A stretch of DNA of 22,912 nucleotides from Octopus sinensis (GCF_006345805.1 NW_021836689.1:1-22912); one strand, 5' to 3'; counted from the stretch's first letter, positions 1 to 10,778 are shown. Program-made: numbers and translations. Notes: generated from the sequence alone by a model not told the origin.

Positions 1-430
1 TATATATATATATATATGGGTGTGTATATATATATGGTGATATGGCAGAATACCATCCAAATCTGTAGTAAAGGCGAAGAAATTCGTATTTTTTGCTATA
101 AACCAATTTTATAAACTCATTTGTTTTATATTTCCTCATAATTATAGCGTTGTGTTCGGTAAATTTGGCGTGGCACTACACTCCCTAAAGAACATGATAT
201 CTCTCTACATATGTATGTTTGTATTTATGTATAAATAATATATAACAACCAGGATTATGGTGTATGTAATCCAAGATTGAGGAAATTTCTCTGACTACTT
301 GATGTGTCAAACTCATAAAACTTTGAATTTGAAACAGGCTGAAATAAGTTTAAAAAAAATTTCATTTATATATCATAGTGAAAGTGGAGACAACAAGCTT
401 TGATATCTATAGATCTCAAAGATTACGTGT

Positions 431-636
431 GTGTGTATTATATATATAATATATATATATAATATATTATATATATATATATTATATATATACATACATA
501 TATATATATTATATATATATACATATATATATATATGTCTGTGTGTGAGTATATATGTATATATGTATATATATATATATATATATGTTTATACATGTTT
601 AATATGTATATATATATATATGTATGTATGTATAGG

Positions 637-674
<38 letters not shown>

Positions 675-680
675 ATATTT
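431..680. repeat. Compound (TA)n microsatellite
   Basis: Alternating TA with interspersed TG/CA units; accounts for the Ile/Tyr ORF 431-727. Confidence 0.95.
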
Positions 681-949
681 TGACTAGGATAGTTTCAAAA
701 TATTTATGTATTAAGTGCAGCACTTAATCTACGATCCGGCATAACACCATTAAATTGTCCATAAGTGTATTTAGTTGCGGCTCCTCAGTTGCGAGGGTTC
801 GGACCAAAAGCTGAGGATGAACACCCATGAACCACGATTTATTTCCATCTCTTACAGCAGTCTCGTGTGTGCGCTCGTCCACATTCATTTAAACGTGCAT
901 AAACGCACACTCAATAAACACATACATGTATGGATGTATTTATGTTCAT

Positions 950-1095
950 AACAGTTTGATTCAACTCCACATAACTTAAAGTTTTGTTTATTTGTCTGCT
1001 GCGATCAGAGTGGGAGTTTTGAGATGACTTCTAGGCGTTTAGATACGATGCAGTCGACTAAATCACTCTTCCTCCAAAATTGCTCATCTTGTACT
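950..1095 (+). mobile_element. Decayed SINE family B copy (central and 3' part)
   Basis: gatacgatgcagtcgactaaatcactcttcctccaaaattgctcatcttgt resembles the core of the 19777-20006 copy (read on its sense strand) and the tail at 11760-11835 (cccctcccccaaattgctggccttgtgcc). Confidence 0.45.
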
Positions 1096-1139
1096 TATAT
1101 ATATATGATTTTAGCGTGTGGAAACCGTTCTTTTCTATT

Positions 1140-1255
1140 AAGATTTTTTCTCATCTATTCTTTTTGCTGAGGAGCGTATGCTCGAAGCACTAGAGACCTT
1201 TTCTTCTATTTTTTTCTGAGCGTAAAACTAATACACTTTTTTTTTTACCTTGTAC
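1140..1255 (+). mobile_element. Penelope-associated non-autonomous repeat, decayed copy
   Basis: gagcgtatgctcgaagcactagagacc...actaatacac aligns by eye with gagcgttggctcgaaacgtaaaagac...actaatacatc at 13978-14035. The Penelope link is inferred from the CTG..GA-stem-GAAAC motif. Confidence 0.5.
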
Positions 1256-1818
1256 TCGTGCAATTTATAATTTTTGCACACATATCATCATTATCACTAA
1301 TAGTGCTAGCACAGAGGCGGTTTTCAGCTGTTTTCATAATGCTCATGCTATCTGGCCTTGATATATTATTTTTCACCTCATTTAGAATGAATTATAAAGA
1401 AATATGTGCGTTTGTGTATGTGTGTATAAGTGCGTGCTTGCGTGACTCAAAACGATCTGTCCCTGCACACATACATATATATATATAGACACATATATGT
1501 ACAATATGTCCCTACGTTTCAAGATATCTACTAGCAAAGGTTTGCCACTTAGTTGGTATAGGAGATAAACGAACAGCAAGAAGAAAAGGTGGAACTTAAT
1601 ATCAGAATGTTTAGAATTAATTAAAATATTTGGGGGTATCGTGCTTTAGAGAATATTTGGTCATTTTTGAAGTGGAGTTTAAGTTTCAAATTATTTACAC
1701 TAGCATCTTTAAATATGTATATGTGTGAGTGTATGCGTGCATATGTGTGTGTGTTTATGTGTGTGTATACATATATTTATATTATCCCTGCATATGTGTT
1801 TTTATGTGTATATATTTT

Positions 1819-1850
<32 letters not shown>

Positions 1851-2256
1851 TCATATTATATATATTTAATATATGTATACATACATATATATTTCAATAA
1901 GTAAAGTCATGTATTTCATATGTATGTATATATGTATGCATGTGTCTATCAATCTATCTTTAGATATACGTATGCATACATGATGTAACCATATACACAT
2001 ATATATGAAATACATGAGTATATATATATTTACATGCATATGTAATTAATATGGAAATAAATACTTTTAATAATTTATGTATATGTATATATATGTACAT
2101 AATATATATTTGTATAATTAAAAGTGTATATATATATATATATATATGTAATTAAAACTATGTATATATATGATATATATACATATAATATATATATTTG
2201 TATAACTAAAAGAATATATATATATAGACACCTATACATTATCGTACAATACTTAC

Positions 2257-2284
2257 CATCAAATGAAAACGAAAGACGTTTCTT
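2257..2284 (-). CDS. Candidate 28-nt coding microexon (KKRLSFSFD + 1 nt)
   Basis: Minus strand reads tcatatttttag|AAGAAACGTCTTTCGTTTTCATTTGATG|gtaagt: a perfect donor and a T-rich acceptor. It is open in phase 0, matching the phase-0 end of the 4722-4805 exon. Confidence 0.4.
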
Positions 2285-2629
2285 CTAAAAATATGACATA
2301 ACAATGGAGAATCGATAATCACATCTTCCTTCCACATACCGTCGCCCCACGCCCCTTGTCTGTCTAAATATTATTCTATTACTAAATATTATATTGGCAT
2401 GTGAATATATAACAACATTAAAAGGGGAAATGGACCCTTTCATGTTTTTCTCTTTTTTTTATTTGTTGTTATTTTTTTTTCTTTCATAGTTTCATATAAA
2501 AATTTCTGGCATTTTGTCTTCGTAACTTTCTTGAATTTTCGTTTCTTTATTTATGTTTTGAAAAAAAAAATTCCGTTTCATTTCCATTTTCTAAGTTATT
2601 GTATTGAATATCATTCAAATTCTGATGAG

Positions 2630-2846
<217 letters not shown>

Positions 2847-2879
2847 GAGAAATAATGATGATCACAAATTTATATATTA

Positions 2880-2985
2880 TTGTTCCTCCAGGTGTTTCAC
2901 CATCCTGGTCTTTTTGGAGCCCAGCAATTCGTGTTCCATGTGATTTTAGGTAACCAACAGCAACGAATCATCAGGGAACACTTTA
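2880..2985 (-). mobile_element. Possible RTE-type LINE ORF2 C-terminal fragment
   Basis: A minus frame reads ...WLPKITWNTNCWAPKRPGW*NTWRN, loosely like the LPK..L.W.P.GKRKRGRPKNTWRR end of RTE/RTE-X ORF2. Short and interrupted by a stop. Confidence 0.2.
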
Positions 2986-3399
2986 TTTTATTAAACTATA
3001 GATAACTATGTTCGAAGTCGGATAGTTGGTGATACATTTTATAATTATTTGGGAGGGAAATAGACAGAAGGTAATTGGAAACACACACATATGTGGATAA
3101 GCGAATATATTAGTGCTTATTGCATTATGTATATTTGTGTATTTGTTCGTGGGTAGTTAATAATTCAAGCAGATAATACACAAGGCTTGATAGGCATGAA
3201 GGTAGGAGCCTATTCTATCTGATGCCGAGAAGTTTTGCCCCATCCAGCTTAAATATTGGATCAATCATTGCTTTTTTTGTAGGCTGGATAGAATTCTGAC
3301 AAGCCACAAAAGTTATTAAAGACCGCTACATAAAGAGAAAGAGAGATCGAATTTTATTGAGAAGTCGTTTGAGGATATTTCATGAGTGCATGTATTGTG

Positions 3400-3417
3400 T
3401 GTGTGTGTACTTATGTA

Positions 3418-3451
<34 letters not shown>

Positions 3452-3550
3452 ATATATATATCATATATATATATATATATGTGTGTATATACACATATAT
3501 ACATACACACACACAATTATGTATGTATGTATACATATATGTGTGTATAT
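3400..3550. repeat. Compound (TG)/(TA)/(CA) microsatellite
   Basis: Direct reading. Confidence 0.9.
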
Positions 3551-4549
3551 ATACTTTTATTAATTTTCTCTCCGGTTTGTTTAAATATTCTAATAATATA
3601 GTTACAGTTGAAAGTGTAATATACTCCTCCCTCCACAGTCCTGTTTAACACCCCTAACATGGACCCTTTTGTGCCTTTAGCAGAAACCACTCTGCTGCTA
3701 GCTGCATCAGTGTAATGATTCTGGGGTACATTAATCCTATGTGTGCACCATATGTACCAACATGTGTAATAATGATGGAATGAACAAATGTTTATCTAAT
3801 AAAAACCTAATATTTATTTACCTGACAGATCTTTTATACTACCTGATTTATTATGCTAATAAAGTATCATATCTCTTATACTATACCAATGAACTTACGG
3901 ATTTGTTATACTAACAAAGTAACATCTGTTGTACAAATAAGCTAACAGGTCTATTGGACTAGTAGGCTGACAGATCTGTTAGCCTAATAAATGAGCCAAA
4001 AAGAAAAAATACTTAAAAATTGTATTAGTATAATACAAACATTTTAAAATAGTTAATTCTCCTTAGCTATACTCTAACGATCGATATGGAGATTATAATT
4101 TTGACTAAAGCAATAAAATTTATCTCTTTACCTGTATTTGATTAATACCTCTGTAGATTTTGCTGGTGTTTGTTCGTTGATATGTTCATAGGTGTAGGAT
4201 TAAAGGTGGAGTATATTGTTAGTACTTTGTGCCTGTACCCGGGGTGGGTTGAATCGGTTCCGACCAACGAATACACCACGGTCGCAGACGCCGTCATTCA
4301 CTGTTACGGTGTAGATTTTATGTTGGGAGTTGCAGCGGAAATACATGTTCACATGTGGACCCCGGTCCCATGCGTATTGTTTAGTAGGTTGATTAGACTG
4401 TTGTTTTGCAATTAAGAGGAAAATATCTAATTATTAAAATATATTAATCAAAGGCTGGTAATCGGTAAAGCCGTTCAAGCTGCGGAGAAAATTAATCGCA
4501 GCATTTAAAAACAACATTAGTAATAGTTTAAAGTATAAGATTAACACAA

Positions 4550-4582
4550 CCACCACGATCACCATTACTACTACTATCACCA

Positions 4583-4664
<82 letters not shown>
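4550..4664. repeat. (ACC/ACT)n trinucleotide microsatellite
   Basis: Long pure (ACT)n run preceded by ACC/ATT variants. Confidence 0.95.
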
Positions 4665-4721
4665 ATGACCTTAGGTGCCTTTAGCAGAATTCGCTGCTGC
4701 AAGCATTTGGGTCAAACTTAC

Positions 4722-4805
4722 CGTTTCTTTATCTGCCAAGAGTTTTCCTTTTCTTTTTAATTTCTTGTAAGTTAGAATTCCAGCAAAGTCTATTTCTTTT
4801 GTCAT
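4722..4805 (-). CDS. Candidate first coding exon segment, MTKEIDFAGILTYKKLKRKGKLLADKET; product unknown
   Basis: Exon 4722-4820 is bounded by tattattttatccag| and ACG|gtaagt. Only the frame from ATG 4805 stays open to the donor, and it is preceded by an in-frame TGA. No family recognised. Confidence 0.4.
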
Positions 4806-5074
4806 TCATTGTTCTTGGGTCTGGATAAAATAATATATCACCAAAAATACTGACGGCTATACAATAAATCTAATATACACCCGGCTCCTACAAACTGTGT
4901 GGATGTATATACCTTTGTCAAAACTCCAAATTATAAGGACAACCAACTTATTATATAAGGGAAAAGAATAATAAGATTTGATCGATAATTATTGATCTCA
5001 TTGTAGGATTTTGTCAATGATTGGCATGGAAGAGTCGAACTCATTGTGATCTGTCATTTTGTATTCGTTGATAT

Positions 5075-5270
5075 AGCCTCGAGACCCTACACGGCCGGCG
5101 TGTGCTCAACGAGCCCGGATCCTCACCACCCGTCGCGTCACCGTACCGCCGTCATCAGCAGTAGGTTCGTTCGTTCGCTCGAATTTCACGCCGTTGCCCT
5201 TCCGTCGTTGCTATCTCTGCCACTGCCGCCGCCGCAGCCAGAGCTGCGCCTCCGCCTCGTGTCCACGGTT
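5075..5270 (-). promoter_or_regulatory. GC/CpG-rich island; candidate promoter and non-coding first exon
   Basis: Dense CpG block in an otherwise AT-rich window. A minus-strand donor GGGTG|gtgagg at 5126 could splice to the acceptor at 4821-4822 across a 306-nt intron. Confidence 0.35.
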
Positions 5271-5628
5271 CACAAAAGATTTATCGACAAATAATTATCT
5301 CCCTTATAATAATTGGCCACCAGGGTACCCCCAAGTACTGCTACTATATTATATTGTCATTAGCAGATTAACCTGCTATATATCACTGGTTGATCATCGT
5401 TAATATTCTAGGAACCGTTAAATTGTCTGTTGAACCGAACCTAGTCCGTTGGGTCAGTCTTTGAGACCAAATGTCTAATTATTCAGGAATATTTATATTT
5501 TTTTAAACTACGGAAGACTAATAAATGTAAGAAAACAACAAGCATCCATTTATATATTTACTGGGATTCGTTAAACTATTCAAGAAAAGTTTCGATCGAT
5601 ATACAAGTACATATGTACGCACCTCCAT

Positions 5629-5712
5629 ATATGTATATATATATATATATATATATAATATACACATGTATATATATATGTGTATATATAATGTATATAT
5701 ATATATATATAG

Positions 5713-5745
<33 letters not shown>
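5629..5745. repeat. (TA)n microsatellite
   Basis: Direct reading. Confidence 0.95.
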
Positions 5746-5746
<1 letters not shown>

Positions 5747-6759
5747 TGTTTTGACTAAATAACTAATAAGCGCACTCTCACGTGTCGTTTTTTTTTTTGC
5801 ACACACACACATTTATATATTGAAGTCTGTTTTCGTTTTTATGGTTTATTCTGGAGCGTAATCACATAACTGAATTTACTGCTAGCACCGTTGTGCTGAG
5901 TTAAAAAAAATGTCTCTTTCAGTTAATTTCGAAGCCATTTTTAAAAACAGGAATTTTTGAATTTTAATTCTGTTAATCATAATATTTTCTTTTTAATATT
6001 TATTACTCTAGAAAAGAAAAATAAGCATGTCGTTTATATAACAAACACCCACCGAACAGTGACTTGATCTTTCTTCTGTGTGGTTTGACAGCAACGTGGA
6101 TTGGACACTTAAATGCATATCAGAAACCATTGCAGGAACAGACTAGGAGTTTAATTCCAAGGCAGAGATCAAATCTCGAAGATTCCGATGAGTTTCCGGA
6201 TTTCTGAAGCTAAATGTTGAAGCAGCATTCCGTTCATACAAGCCAAATTCATAGAATATGAACTTAACTACAGAAAGCTATGTTTAAATTATATATTATA
6301 TAAAATAATTGATAGCGACGGATGCAGCATTAGTGCCAAAAAGTAATCGTGATCTCTAACTTAACGTGGAAATTGTGTTAGAACACAGAATAGTGAATTA
6401 TTTACCTTGAGAGAAACTCTCATAAGGCCACGTGGTACATAAAAGTACACGTAATCATATCGTTGATAGACGAGAATCATCTGCTCCGGCCGCCAGAACT
6501 TCCAGATCACGTGATTTCACCCAGCTATGGTCTCCTTAGTGTCAGGTGTCCAGCAACGCGATGACAGCCGAATCTTGCGTCAACGATATATAGAATCTCA
6601 GTGTTTATTCAGGTACTGGCGTCTCAAATGAGCCAGTGAGCTTATAAAAACAAACAAAACAATTTCAGCAATAGCAGCTGTATTTAATACGGAAAGGTAT
6701 TCTTAGAACACATTATATAATTATGGATGCAGTGATCTCGCATATATGGTGTGCAGTTG

Positions 6760-6880
6760 AGAGCGTTGTTTCACAGTTGCCTGGTTCAGTCCTACCACGC
6801 AGCAATTTGAACAAGTGTATTCAGGCCGACCAATGTCTTGTGAATGAAATTTGGTGGCCGAAATATCTGTGGAAAACTGT
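6760..6880 (+). mobile_element. Decayed SINE family A head/core
   Basis: The reverse complement reads ttttccacagatatttcggccaccaaatttcattcacaagacattggtcggcctgaatacacttgttcaaattgctgcgtggtaggactgaacc, matching the plus-strand text at 15115-15215. The element is therefore opposite in orientation to that copy. Confidence 0.55.
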
Positions 6881-7070
6881 CGAATGAATTAATCCCCTCT
6901 TTGTAGATAGTAGACAACACGTGAATGTCTTTAGTGGAGTATACTCTCTTAGAAGCATTCGGATCAAGTTTGTCGTCTGAAGGCATCTTCTTCCTACCAA
7001 TCTCGGAATCACCAACCCCAGACATCTTACATACTGCTTTTCTTTCTTTAACTAAATCTTTAAAAATATA

Positions 7071-7212
7071 CAGGGGTAGAAAAAATAGGGATTACAGTTG
7101 CTAAATTGCAGTGGCATGTTCTTTTTATCTTTCAAGTCCTTTTTCGGGATAAGAAATGTAAACAACAGTCCACTCATATTAAGCGACTGTAATCCCTATT
7201 TTTGCCCATCCT
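7071..7212. mobile_element. Tc1/mariner-type MITE (~140 bp)
   Basis: TIRs CAGGGGTAGAAAAAATAGGGATTACAGTTG (7071-7100) and CGACTGTAATCCCTATTTTTGCCCATCCT (7184-7212), flanked by TA at 7069-7070 and 7213-7214. Confidence 0.75.
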
Positions 7213-7559
7213 TATACAACCACACCCATATAGGTTTGTATGTATGTAAACCGATGTTGCAGATACAAAACCTTCTCAAATTTACATATTTCTCCTTAGA
7301 TTGGGGACAATGATGAACAGTCTTACTTGATTTTCGACCCTTAATGGGGTCTCATTAGAAGTGTCTACTGCTTGACCACTCCCAGAAGAAAGGTTAGCCA
7401 GTCTGTGCATCAAAGTAATGAGGGTATTTTTACATGTATATATATATGCATATGTGTGTGTGTGTGTATGTGTTTCCGTTCATAATGTATTTATTACAAA
7501 GGTACTAAGTGGCAATATCAACAACAAAGGGAACAAAAAAACTCACATAAGAGAGGATT

Positions 7560-8270
7560 TTTTTCGGCTTCCCTCGGAGTTGCGACCACTTGTACTCTAG
7601 AAAAGACGGTTACTGGAAACTATTGCTGGCGCTGCTGTTTCTACTGAAGTCCAGTTCCCTCTTCTTTTCTTTCGTTTATTTTTCTTTCCTTGGCGAAAAA
7701 CACTTCACTGGCTCTTACTGTTACACATATAATATCTAAGTCTTTCTGCCTAGCAACAACGCCCCACCCCCCTTATTGCCTTTACTTCTGCATCCGTTAC
7801 TAGATAATCTCCAGAATATCTATGCGATCCTCAGGGGTCATCAAAACTTGAAAGTCCTTGAGGACTACACTCGATACTCTGGTCACCATATCCCCATATC
7901 GTACTGCAAATTTAACGACGAGCTAGGGGTCAAGCACCGAAGTAAGGATGCTGACGGTAAACCTTGTGTTTCGCCTTCTCAAAAGAAGCTTGAGGATGCA
8001 TACGTGGAGCAACACCTCAGCCCGTTTCCTCGCCTCATCTTTAGTCATAAAAGTCAGTTCCTTACTTTCAGATACTCAGCGCCTGTCGATGTAACCCACA
8101 TCGGTCAAAAATCCCGTTCGTTCTTAGGGGATAACCCCCCCCCCCCAATGAAATCGTCACGCAAAAGTACCCGGCAATTTATATATTCCTCTGACGATGT
8201 TTTTCTTCGGGAGCCGAACCCAGTTAAATGTCTCTTTCTGGCTCGCAACACTTGCGAAAACTAATTGTTG
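7560..8270 (-). pseudogene. Decayed non-LTR retrotransposon ORF1 (gag-like, remnant Zn-knuckle)
   Basis: Minus-strand frames, broken by stops and frameshifts, give DVGYIDRR*VSESKELTFMTKDEARKRAEVLL..LRRRNTRFTVS, then VVKFAVRYGDMV..LKDFQVLMTPEDRIDILE, then GVGRCC*AERLRYYMCNSKSQ* and a basic KKNKRKKRR tail. This order resembles L1/Tx1-like ORF1. Recognised by eye only. Confidence 0.45.
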
Positions 8271-9069
8271 ATGTTGCCTTTTTCTTTTTTTTTTTTTTGA
8301 AAGTCGTATATTTCTGTAGTCTTTGCTTGTTAAAGTGTCTTATATATGTTTTAAAATGTGTGTCAGTCGGCGCAGTTCCCATATCATTTTTTTTTTGTCC
8401 TTTATTTTGTAAAATCTAAACTTCTATTTACAAAATTTTCAAATTTGTTTTCAAAATTTAAGGGTGCATATCCATTGCTACTACATGTGGCGGTAGCACC
8501 TCTTATCACCTGACCTGACAAAGCCTCATAAAATCACAAGTAAACAATACTTAAAAACATATAAAAAAAAACAATTTTTAAATATCCGAAGTCGAAGCGT
8601 ATTCATCCACCCCGAAGCTGGATGAACGGATACAAGCATTCTGAGATCATTTGTTGGCAGAATAAGACGAAAATATAACACGCTTTCCAACAAATTTAAT
8701 TAAACTTAGCAAATCCATTTTTTCACCGGAACTCTTATTACACAACCGTTCATCATAAAAAAACTGCAAAAACAACAACAATAATAATAATAATAATGTA
8801 ATCAATAATCTATAATCCAAATATTTTAATCCCTGTGACATTGGTTGATAGTTAAAAAATTAACATTATTAGGTGTTTAACCAATCTATACTCTAATATG
8901 TTCCATTCTAATCACTGTATATTTATATTTATATATACTTTTTCCTATTCTAATCCCGTCCTGTCCCGGTCTAAAGAAGAAATATAGAAAAACAACATGA
9001 AAAAAATACGTTAAAGAGAATACAATCATAATATAATTGAAACTATTATTCTAATATGAAAAAATCAAA

Positions 9070-9086
9070 TATATATGCATATATAC

Positions 9087-9139
<53 letters not shown>

Positions 9140-9266
9140 AACATATATGTTCACACATATACACATAATCATACATATGTACGTTTATATATATAGTATA
9201 TATATATGCATATATACGCATACATATACATTCACACATATATATGTATATACATACATACATACC

Positions 9267-9302
<36 letters not shown>

Positions 9303-9345
9303 TATATATGTAATATATATGTTATATATATATATTATATGCATA

Positions 9346-9383
<38 letters not shown>

Positions 9384-9480
9384 CATACATATATATATAT
9401 GTATGTATATTTATACATATATATATGTATATATATATACATATGTATGTATTTATGTATGTATATATATACATATAGAT
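9070..9480. repeat. Compound (TA)n microsatellite
   Basis: Direct reading. Confidence 0.95.
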
Positions 9481-9619
9481 ATCTTAAAGCATGGGTCCGT
9501 CGGTCAACGAAAACCCTACGATTTTAAAGAACAGACGATGCTTTTTTTCCTCCCTAGGCTGTGACAGTTGTCCCAGACGGGGATCGAACTCAACACAATA
9601 AACAAATATTATTTCTAAC

Positions 9620-9835
9620 TTCTCACAACAGTGCCTCCATCTTTCTCTCTTTCTCTTTCCCTTTCTCTTTCCCTGTCTCTCTCTCTCTATGTTTTCTTCC
9701 ATACACACAAACATACACATACACATACACACATATACACACTTTTTTCGCTGTCTCTGTCTGTCTCTCTCTCTGTCTCTCTCTTTCTCTTTCTCTCTTT
9801 CTCTTTCTCTTTCTCTCTCACACACACGTGTGTGT
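9620..9835. repeat. (CT)n/(CA)n polypyrimidine microsatellite
   Basis: Direct reading; accounts for the Glu/Arg and Ser/Leu ORFs. Confidence 0.9.
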
Positions 9836-10202
9836 CTCAGTACATAAAGATATGTAGAATTATAACATTTTATTTGCAAACGAAACCATTGTCGTCCTCT
9901 TGATGTTTCTAATATAAATACATAAATATTTTTGTCTTCATATAAAATCCTCTTCGCTGCTTACAAACTAAGACAACATATTTCAAAAATTAACGACACA
10001 CAATAATAATTGTAATACAATACAATAATAATGATTATATGAAATGAAAATTATAATAATACACAATAATAACGGTAATAATGCGCAACAGTAATTATAA
10101 TAAAATACAGTGATAATATACAATGATAATGATAATAAATGCTATTGGTTTAAATAAATAATAAATAATGGCATTGGTAATCGATATCCTATTATTGTGC
10201 AA

Positions 10203-10242
10203 ATAGGTTTCAGCTAAAAGCTGTGGCCATGTTGAGGCGCTG
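10203..10242 (-). mobile_element. SINE family A 3' tail fragment
   Basis: gtttcagctaaaagctgtggccatgttgaggcgctgcc is the reverse complement of the tail seen at 21585-21635 (ggcagtgttccagcatggccgcagtcaaatgactgaaac). Confidence 0.5.
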
Positions 10243-10263
10243 CCATTATAATTGTAAGTCAAT

Positions 10264-10334
10264 TGGAGTGTCCGGGTATCGATCCTGGTACCTCATCTAT
10301 GCACAGCGAGCGCTTACTTTCTGAACTATTTCCC
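10264..10334 (-). pseudogene. tRNA-Ala(TGC)-derived pseudogene
   Basis: Minus strand GGGAAATAGTTCAGAAAGTAAGCGCTCGCTGTGCATAGATGAGGTACCAGGATCGATACCCGGACACTCCA is collinear with metazoan tRNA-Ala. The TGC anticodon and T-arm are kept, while the acceptor, D and anticodon stems are mismatched. Confidence 0.75.
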
Positions 10335-10485
10335 AACCACTTAAAATAATATACAATAACGAATGATGCTGATAACAATATAAGATAATTGTATTATATG
10401 ATGTAATTGTTATTTGATAACAATATATAACATTAATGATAATAATTCAAAATGGTAAATGTTATTAAAAATATTCAATGACCAT

Positions 10486-10487
<2 letters not shown>

Positions 10488-10561
<74 letters not shown>

Positions 10562-10567
10562 GATATG

Positions 10568-10600
<33 letters not shown>

Positions 10601-10607
10601 TAATAAT
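10488..10607. repeat. (TAA)n/(TGATAA)n microsatellite
   Basis: Direct reading. Confidence 0.95.
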
Positions 10608-10745
10608 ATACGCAAAACACTTTCAATACAGTAACCGTAAGAGCATCACAACAAATCACAGCACATACCCAAGGCACACAGAGCTGCGCTCGGTAGTGAA
10701 GTGAAAGCACGCGATTAAAATGAAATTACTGAATAATAATAATTC

Positions 10746-10778
<33 letters not shown>
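10608..10778 (+). mobile_element. 5'-truncated Dong/R4-clade LINE 3' end with (TAA)n tail
   Basis: ATA CGC AAA ACA CTT TCA ATA CAG TAA (IRKTLSIQ*) resembles the R4-clade ORF terminus (..TAHILRKTLS.*). It is followed by a ~100-nt 3' UTR and a (TAA)n tail. Confidence 0.6.

Noticed and set aside
59-100. Possible 9-nt minus-strand microexon (ctttactacag|ATTTGGATG|gtattc) continuing the candidate gene
   Set aside because: The acceptor is good but the donor is weak, and the segment is too short to distinguish from chance.
4170-4415. 81-aa plus-strand ORF
   Set aside because: TTG start, no recognisable domain, and no supporting splice partner on the plus strand.
5046-5300. GC-rich block as an rDNA spacer fragment or an LTR with PBS (TGGCCACC at ~5315)
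   Set aside because: No rRNA sequence recognised, no second LTR, and no match to a tRNA 3' end that I know.
6792-7025. 77-aa minus-strand ORF
   Set aside because: Its 3' third is a decayed SINE; the rest is probably retroelement relic.
8597-8635. Hairpin TTCATCCA-ccccgaagc-TGGATGAA
   Set aside because: A single 8-bp stem with no terminator, Helitron CTRR or MITE context.
8647-8770. Possible minus-strand exon after ttgtttttgcag (FFYDERLCNKSSGEKMDLL...)
   Set aside because: No homology recognised and no compatible neighbouring exon.
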